Shown piece by piece: positions 58,255 through 64,000 of a stretch of DNA of 64,000 bases. The position numbers and the translations under genes were made by a program. The notes below the pieces were generated by a model. The model saw only the letters and a list, made by a program, of their open reading frames with translations. It did no database searches and had not been told where the DNA came from. Position 1 is the stretch's first letter. Each line of letters opens with the position of its first letter. The DNA is from Candidatus Bathyarchaeia archaeon (GTDB lineage Archaea; Thermoproteota; Bathyarchaeia; Bathyarchaeales; Bathycorpusculaceae), in assembly GCA_049512935.1 (NCBI GenBank), contig JBEKWR010000003.1, positions 96,001 through 160,000 of the forward strand, read 5' to 3'.

Positions 58255-58392
58255 ATGTCCAGAAGGTATTATGAGCGTGATGAAGATTGGCTAGTCACAT
58301 GTCCTGAATGCCATGGTAAAGGGACCATAGGTACTGGGGATTCTAGAGTTCGATGCTCAAAATGTGATGGAGCAGGAAAAATTAGACAATAG
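58255..58392 (+). CDS. 45-aa stand-alone DnaJ-type zinc finger (below ORF-track cutoff)
   Basis: MSRRYYERDEDWLVTCPECHGKGTIGTGDSRVRCSKCDGAGKIRQ; 2x CxxCxGxG; GGTGA RBS. Confidence 0.8.
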   Translation: MSRRYYERDEDWLVTCPECHGKGTIGTGDSRVRCSKCDGAGKIRQ

Positions 58393-58501
58393 CAAAGACC
58401 GTTTAGGTGCGCATGCCTGCGGTTGGTAACAAAATAATTTTACAGTCCGCTTCTATCTATAGCAACGAGAAATAGTGAGCATAAAAATGCTACTGTACCG
58501 A

Positions 58502-59083
58502 CTATTTCACTGTCACTTTGTGTTTTTTAGGCACGGGTGCAATCGTCTTCTTTGGGATGCTGACTGTAAGTAACCCGTCCCTAAATGTGGATTCAGCTTG
58601 CTCAGGGATTACTTCTTCGGGGAAAGATAGTTGTTTGTAAATGTGCGAGTAAATGCGTTCTCTGACAACAAAGTTCTTCTCCGTATCTTCCGTTTCAACA
58701 TCGGTTTCAGCCGAGATTTCGATACCATTTTTCGTCAGGGCTACGTCGATCTTGTCTTTAGCTACACCAGGCATCTCAGCATGAACCACAAACTTGTTTC
58801 CCTCATCAACCAGGTCTACAGTCGCCTCACGAACCGGAACAACAGGCTCAAGACTTACCCACTCAAATGGAAAAGCTATGCTTTCAATGAAATTTTTGCG
58901 AAAATCATCCATCAAGTCCTCAAAGGTCGTTAGAACATGAACTGCAGGAACTTGTTTGGCAGGAATACCTTTAGCAGGAACTTTAGTAGGAACGTGTTTA
59001 GCAAGAACATGTTTTACAGGTTTTGTCGTGATTTCAGATTTTGCGATCGCCTTTACCGGCGCCTTTTTTTGTTCTGTGCTCAT
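58502..59083 (-). CDS. Small heat shock protein Hsp20
   Basis: VDLVD...AEMPGV.KDKIDV...RER...FPEEV....AESTFRDGLLTVSIPK; N-terminal VPAK-like repeats. Confidence 0.92.
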   Translation of the reverse strand: MSTEQKKAPVKAIAKSEITTKPVKHVLAKHVPTKVPAKGIPAKQVPAVHVLTTFEDLMDDFRKNFIESIAFPFEWVSLEPVVPVREATVDLVDEGNKFVVHAEMPGVAKDKIDVALTKNGIEISAETDVETEDTEKNFVVRERIYSHIYKQLSFPEEVIPEQAESTFRDGLLTVSIPKKTIAPVPKKHKVTVK

Positions 59084-59206
59084 TTTTTTTCACCTCGATT
59101 AAATCCATTATTGGAATCTTGAAGGTAATCAATTGTGCCTGAGCTATTTTTGGCTCGAGGCAGTTCTCATTTGGGTTAAGGCGGCCGTTTTATTTGGGTG
59201 TGGGAT

Positions 59207-59350
59207 CTATTCTTTCTTGGTGACCCACGTTTTTACTGCTTCTTCGACAGCTCGGGATAAGTCGCCTTTTTTTCCGCCGAACCTCTCGATTGTTTTTAAT
59301 CTGAGCTGTTTTTCCAACTCATTCGGGAGATCCGCAGTTATTCGACCCAT
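59207..59350 (-). CDS. 47-aa ribbon-helix-helix-like protein (below ORF-track cutoff)
   Basis: MGRITADLPNELEKQLRLKTIERFGGKKGDLSRAVEEAVKTWVTKKE. Confidence 0.75.
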   Translation of the reverse strand: MGRITADLPNELEKQLRLKTIERFGGKKGDLSRAVEEAVKTWVTKKE

Positions 59351-59774
59351 ATTTAATCATCCGCTTTTATTTAGATTTTTTTTGCACGGTTGCACGTGTC
59401 AGATGTTCTTCCAGTAAGCGAGCTGCCAAACGCCCAGTTCTAATCTTGTTTTTGTTATCATTTTTCATTTACTCCAATTCGCTTATCTGCATAAGCTACT
59501 ATGTGCTTACTGACTTATAAACGTATTTGTTTATGTGTTTAATCTCTAAAGTGATTACCTATTACATAAAAGCAACTATTGAAGTGGTCTCTCATCTTCC
59601 TTTTGGCTTGAACTCTAATCCCAACAATTGCTTTATTACCATAGGAAGCGCAAATCTACTTTCAGTTGATGAAATAAATGGAAACGTTTTTTCTAAAGTC
59701 TTTTGGTTGCATTTAAAAATCTTGGCGCACCATTCTCAATTAGTTACCGTTCTATCCACCTTAAAGTGGAGAAA

Positions 59775-60116
59775 CTAAGTATCGTTTTGTGCGCTGATTT
59801 TTACTAGTAAAAGTTGGCTTAACAGTTTACTGATGTTGCTGGAAGCGATTACGTTGCTCTGTTCGCTTCTTTTTTTCTTTCTGTGTTCTGCAGTATGAGC
59901 TTTGATGGCGCGGTTCATGGCCTGTAAATCTGGCAGCAGCAGTATTTCGGCTCCGCATTCGCACTTAATTGTTGGCAAGCGTTCCTTCAAATGCTTATCC
60001 GCATCAGCGATGTTGTCTCCTATGTTCTCGGCAATTACCGCCGCCTCAGTCGGCAACAGTTTCTGAAGCTTCTCAACTCTATTCCGCTTCATCAGAACTT
60101 GAAAATCTCCGTTCAC
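59775..60116 (-). CDS. Hypothetical protein with CxC...HxxxH putative Zn site
   Basis: IKCECGAEILL...AIKAHTAEH. Confidence 0.6.
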   Translation of the reverse strand: MNGDFQVLMKRNRVEKLQKLLPTEAAVIAENIGDNIADADKHLKERLPTIKCECGAEILLLPDLQAMNRAIKAHTAEHRKKKRSEQSNVIASSNISKLLSQLLLVKISAQNDT

Positions 60117-60729
60117 TTTCCTAATGGAGTAAATATATTCTTGTAGAGCCTTTTATGGTCATGTCTGTGTAGCTCCCCACCTACAACGTTAAAATGTCTT
60201 CGGAGGCACCCGTAGCACTAAAACAGCAGGGGGATTTCAGATATTTCTCCATGGAAACTGGCACAATAGTGATGCACCTATCTATACCGGTGGTTTATGG
60301 GCTTTGGAATCCGCAAGTCACGTGAATATAATAGAAACGTTTCTGTGAAGAATAAGTTGTGGTGTGAGGATATAAATCCAAGAACGTGCTTTGGCGGACC
60401 CACACACGTTATCAGGAAGCGAACATAAGAGAAGTGACGAAAGTTACAAACTATTCGCATCCCTTTTAACGCTGATCCGCCAAAGCAGTGGGTAGATTCA
60501 CGCTATCAGGACTTCGCCTTGTGGATAAATAACTTTGTGACTGGAAGGTCACAGCAACAAGATTATCCCTTAAAAGGCCCAAAAGAAAACTTCCCTGAGG
60601 AAAAGTGGTAGGAATCAGTTCTTGCGGCTAATATTAAACCGTCATATTGACCAAGCCTATCATGACCTTTGAGAACCGACAAACAGAGAGGCTTCTAAAC
60701 GCAAAATTAGAATAAAAAAGAAAAGAAGT

Positions 60730-61782
60730 TTAGGTTAGTTCATGGCTTTTAGATGCTTTTTGTTTAACTACCTTAACCAAGATAAACGAGCACGTAGCAA
60801 TCGCCAAGGTCAGCAACAGAATGGACGAAGTTAATTCAGGGACTTTTGGAGTTGATGTTGGACTTGTTGAACTTGATTTTGATGTTGGAGCCGGTGTAGC
60901 TGTTGATTTTGAACTTGAAGTTGTTGTTGGACTTGGGGAACTTGATTTTGATGTTGATGTTGGAGTAGATGTTGAACTTGATGTTGGAGTTGGAGTTGAC
61001 GTAGTTGTCGAAATTGGTGATACGATGGTGTTAGACTGTAAAGTAACTGCACTTTGTGCCAATGCCAAACCATTCAACGTTGCACCAGTAGTTAGTGCAA
61101 TCGCTGTTTTGTCAAGAATAATTCCACTAAAGGCCGAGTGTGTTCCAAGTGTCGTTTGTCCAGCGACCACCCAGAAGATGTTACTTGCCTGTGCGCCACC
61201 ACTCAAAATAATTTGTACGTTAGAACTGACAGTGAGAGTTCCTGCTATCTGGAATACCCATTCAGCACTTGAACTTCCTGAGAGAGTGACAGCTGATGGT
61301 ATTATCACATTGGTACCCCACTTGTAAATGCCAGCAGTTATTGTTAATCCACCGATGTTTCCTGCACCTAATGCATTGACGGGAGCAGGAGTGGTTAGTC
61401 CAGCCACAGTAGTATATGCCGTTTGCATATCGCTTATAGCCGTAGTCATCATAGTTGGAGTAGGTGCTGCATAGTTAGATGCGTATACCTTTCCAGTCAC
61501 CAGAGAGGATGTCGAAAATGTATTCGAGGAATCCATTATCAACCCGAAGCCTGTTATGTATGAAGCAGCAGCTGGGCTTACTCCAATATTTCCAGTTATT
61601 GAAGTAGTTCCAGTGGTTGAGATTCCTGTTTTTGCTAAAATAGCAAAATTTCCTGCTGTACCAAGAACGTTAGCTGGTAACGTGTTTGCTGATACATTAG
61701 AGATCTGTATGATACCTAATAATGCTATGAAACAGAAGAAAGTGAAAAATACGCTTAATTGAGTCCTAGTCTTTTTCTTCAT
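60730..61782 (-). CDS. Ice-binding-like protein (DUF3494) with Ser/Thr stalk and PEF-like anchor
   Basis: LGTAGNFAILAKTGIS, ITGNIGVSP, GIYKW, WVFQIAG, GGAQASNIFWVVAG, GLALAQSAVTL; VPEL + TM + basic tail. Confidence 0.9.
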   Translation of the reverse strand: MKKKTRTQLSVFFTFFCFIALLGIIQISNVSANTLPANVLGTAGNFAILAKTGISTTGTTSITGNIGVSPAAASYITGFGLIMDSSNTFSTSSLVTGKVYASNYAAPTPTMMTTAISDMQTAYTTVAGLTTPAPVNALGAGNIGGLTITAGIYKWGTNVIIPSAVTLSGSSSAEWVFQIAGTLTVSSNVQIILSGGAQASNIFWVVAGQTTLGTHSAFSGIILDKTAIALTTGATLNGLALAQSAVTLQSNTIVSPISTTTSTPTPTSSSTSTPTSTSKSSSPSPTTTSSSKSTATPAPTSKSSSTSPTSTPKVPELTSSILLLTLAIATCSFILVKVVKQKASKSHELT

Positions 61783-62041
61783 TTTTAATCACCACCTTTA
61801 CACCTTGCTTTTTAATCACTTTATTATTTTCTAATTTGGATCAAAACTTACCAAAAAAGGGGTTTAGTTTATTTCCATAACTTTTTGCCGGTCAACAGCC
61901 AAACGACTACGAAGATTACGGCAATCACAAGCAGTATATTTATCAGTAGACCTATGCCTGGCAAAGCAAAGAACCCAACCGCCCAGAGTATCACAAGAAT
62001 AATAGCAATCGTCAACCACTTATTCATAGCAAACTCTCCAA

Positions 62042-62332
62042 CTAAGTCTTAACTACTGGTCTTAGGTACATGTGAAGCTGATCTTTCGAAACTTTTAAGT
62101 GCAATCCATTGTCTGTCCAGCGAGCAACCCCTTTCTCCAGGGATGAAACGGCCAGCATGTTTCGCACTCCACCTTTCTTTACGCCAAGAACTGATTCAGC
62201 TATTTCCTTTTTCAATTCGATTTCAAGATGAGTTATTTTCCACTCTTCTGGATCTACTTCTATACTTTTGACTGTGCCGATTTTCTCGTCTAACGCAAAA
62301 ACACTTCTGTTTATAAACTCTCTAGTCCTCAT
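62042..62332 (-). CDS. PRC-barrel domain protein
   Basis: KIGTVKSIEVDPEEWKITHLEI; GGAGG RBS before MRTREF. Confidence 0.75.
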   Translation of the reverse strand: MRTREFINRSVFALDEKIGTVKSIEVDPEEWKITHLEIELKKEIAESVLGVKKGGVRNMLAVSSLEKGVARWTDNGLHLKVSKDQLHMYLRPVVKT

Positions 62333-62540
62333 ACTTTCTCTATCCCTCCTTTCTACTCTCACAATTCGGAATACTTTATAAATGGTCATTGACTGGGTTA
62401 AGCGCTTGTGAATGTAAGCCCACACCGACATTCTGGCAGCTGCGCCTGCGCTAATCGGCAAAACTACTGAAAAGAATTTGAAACTTGAAGCGACAAGAAA
62501 AATGAAGTTTTAAATAAAAAAAGGAAAGGAAATGTTAAGT

Positions 62541-63548
62541 TTAAGTCACTGCAGTGGTTTGATCGATGATCTTGGCCTTTAGAGCATTCGTCTTCACTGA
62601 TGCTATGCCATTTTCGGCTGCCTGTTTGGATAGGTAGGATTGGCTTACAGCGATTATTTGCCCGTTAGCTGCTTTCAGATGGAAACGGAACCTTTCAGGA
62701 GCATTGAATTGAATTTCGAAAACTGGGTCTTGGACAATTCCAGGTTCATGTTTTGTCTTTGCCAAAGCCCCTGCTGCCGTTGTGAGATCAGCAATCTTTG
62801 CGATTGGCGCGTTCTTCTTTATTGAATCAATGCCTTCTATGGCCGACTCTTTTGCTCCGTAGGCTTGGCTTACAGCGATTATTTGCCCGTTAGCTGCTTT
62901 CAGATGGAAACGGAACCTACCAACAGTATCAATGAAAACCTCAAAAATTCCTGTAACTTTCGCTATTACAGGTGTCTGTTCCGTTATCACTTCAGTGGGT
63001 GGCAATGGTTTAGGCGCCGCCGGCATCGGTTCTGGAACTTTCTCAGCTACGTGACCCATCTTTGTATGAGCATCCAGGGCTTCCTTGGTCATAAAGCCCA
63101 TTCCGCACACAGGACACGTAAGCTCCATGTTTGGCATAAGCACTCTGTCCACAACTTGTATTATGCCGTTGTCTGTTACTATGTCTGTGCTTATAATGTG
63201 TGCGTCATTATTGATTATTGGGTTCATGTGAAGAGACCACCAATGATGGGCGTCAATCTTAACTTCTTGGCCTTGAAGAGTTTTAACGGTTTTCATTTGA
63301 CTTATTTCGTCAATTGTAAACTTTCCAGGAATAACATGGTACATCAGAATCGCCTTGAGCTTTGGAACATTTTTCATTAGTCCATCGACTGTGCCTGCGG
63401 GAAGCAATGCAAAAGCGCGATCATCTGGCGCAAGAATCGTGAACGGTCCTTTACCTTTCAATGTTTTAACTAATCCTGCCGCTTCTACTGCTGCGACAAG
63501 TTTTTCGAAACCCCCAGCCTCTACAGCAATATCAACTATATCTGCCAT
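62541..63548 (-). CDS. Fasciclin (FAS1) - C2H2 zinc finger - 2x YegP (DUF1508) fusion
   Basis: GPFTILAPDDRAF, ILMYHVIPG, NGIIQVVDRVL; CPVC...HTKMGH; 2x FRFHLKAANGQIIAVSQxY...GIxSxKxNA. Confidence 0.85.
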   Translation of the reverse strand: MADIVDIAVEAGGFEKLVAAVEAAGLVKTLKGKGPFTILAPDDRAFALLPAGTVDGLMKNVPKLKAILMYHVIPGKFTIDEISQMKTVKTLQGQEVKIDAHHWWSLHMNPIINNDAHIISTDIVTDNGIIQVVDRVLMPNMELTCPVCGMGFMTKEALDAHTKMGHVAEKVPEPMPAAPKPLPPTEVITEQTPVIAKVTGIFEVFIDTVGRFRFHLKAANGQIIAVSQAYGAKESAIEGIDSIKKNAPIAKIADLTTAAGALAKTKHEPGIVQDPVFEIQFNAPERFRFHLKAANGQIIAVSQSYLSKQAAENGIASVKTNALKAKIIDQTTAVT

Positions 63549-63814
63549 TCATTTTCACCTCCTTCCAACAATTTTCAAGTTCCATGAGTTTGTATAGTGC
63601 TCTTACAATAAAGAGCTGTGTGACTGGGGAGCCCCAGCAACGAGCCTGCAAGCTAACTGTTAATAGCTGAGAGAAACGTGGTTTTCAGGTTAGTCTTCAG
63701 CTTTTTTTCCAGTCGAATTCACAACCTGTTCCCGAAGTCTTAGCCAAAATTGCTTTCTTTTCCGCCGGTTGAAGGTTATGCCGAAATGTCAAAATTGTGA
63801 CACTGATTGATAAC

Positions 63815-64000
63815 TCATCGAATTCGTAGATCCTTTTTTCTTTCAATCAAATCTGTAATTTCATCAAATTCGCTTGTGTAGTCCGTATGTTCTTTAACCA
63901 ACCTTTTGAGTCTGTTTTGGTTAAAGTATCCTTCATAAAATCCGAAGAACATAATCGCAAAGAACCCATACACAAGATAATCTTGGCCAAACCTGCTTTC
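63815..64000 (-). CDS. 3' end of a probable membrane protein (truncated by window edge)
   Basis: Open 62-codon frame ESRFGQDYLVYGFFAIMFFGFY...RIR*. Confidence 0.4.
   Translation of the reverse strand, partial: ESRFGQDYLVYGFFAIMFFGFYEGYFNQNRLKRLVKEHTDYTSEFDEITDLIERKKDLRIR

Overview
Archaeal chromosome segment; gene content (rpl14e-cbf5, two PurP paralogues, hdrCB-mvhGA, a diphthamide-less EF-2 paralogue, many PQQ-repeat surface proteins, an intron-containing tRNA) points to Bathyarchaeia, though this is inferred from gene content only. Core blocks are a radical SAM-dinB pair, three group 3 [NiFe]-hydrogenases (3b with a fused beta-gamma subunit, 3d HoxEFUYH, 3c Mvh/Hdr), purE-purC-purP-purP, aEF-2p-ogg1 and rpl14e-cbf5. 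The main unexplained structures are: (1) three ~0.9-kb toxin-antitoxin cassettes downstream of tRNA-Leu(UAA), each delimited by a copy of the tRNA 3' end, with no integrase in the window; (2) a tandem GTCAA-N6-TTGAC operator pair abutting the BRE-TATA of four surface-protein genes; (3) a 1.5-kb insert carrying an exported protein and a membrane-bound wHTH regulator, flanked by a duplicated 65-bp gene 3' end; (4) an AT-rich Panacea/YwgA-like, unknown, PIN-like three-gene module; (5) a terminal stress island with GH13 branching enzyme, Hsp20, an ice-binding DUF3494 protein and a fasciclin-YegP fusion. All family calls come from motif recognition by eye, not database searches.
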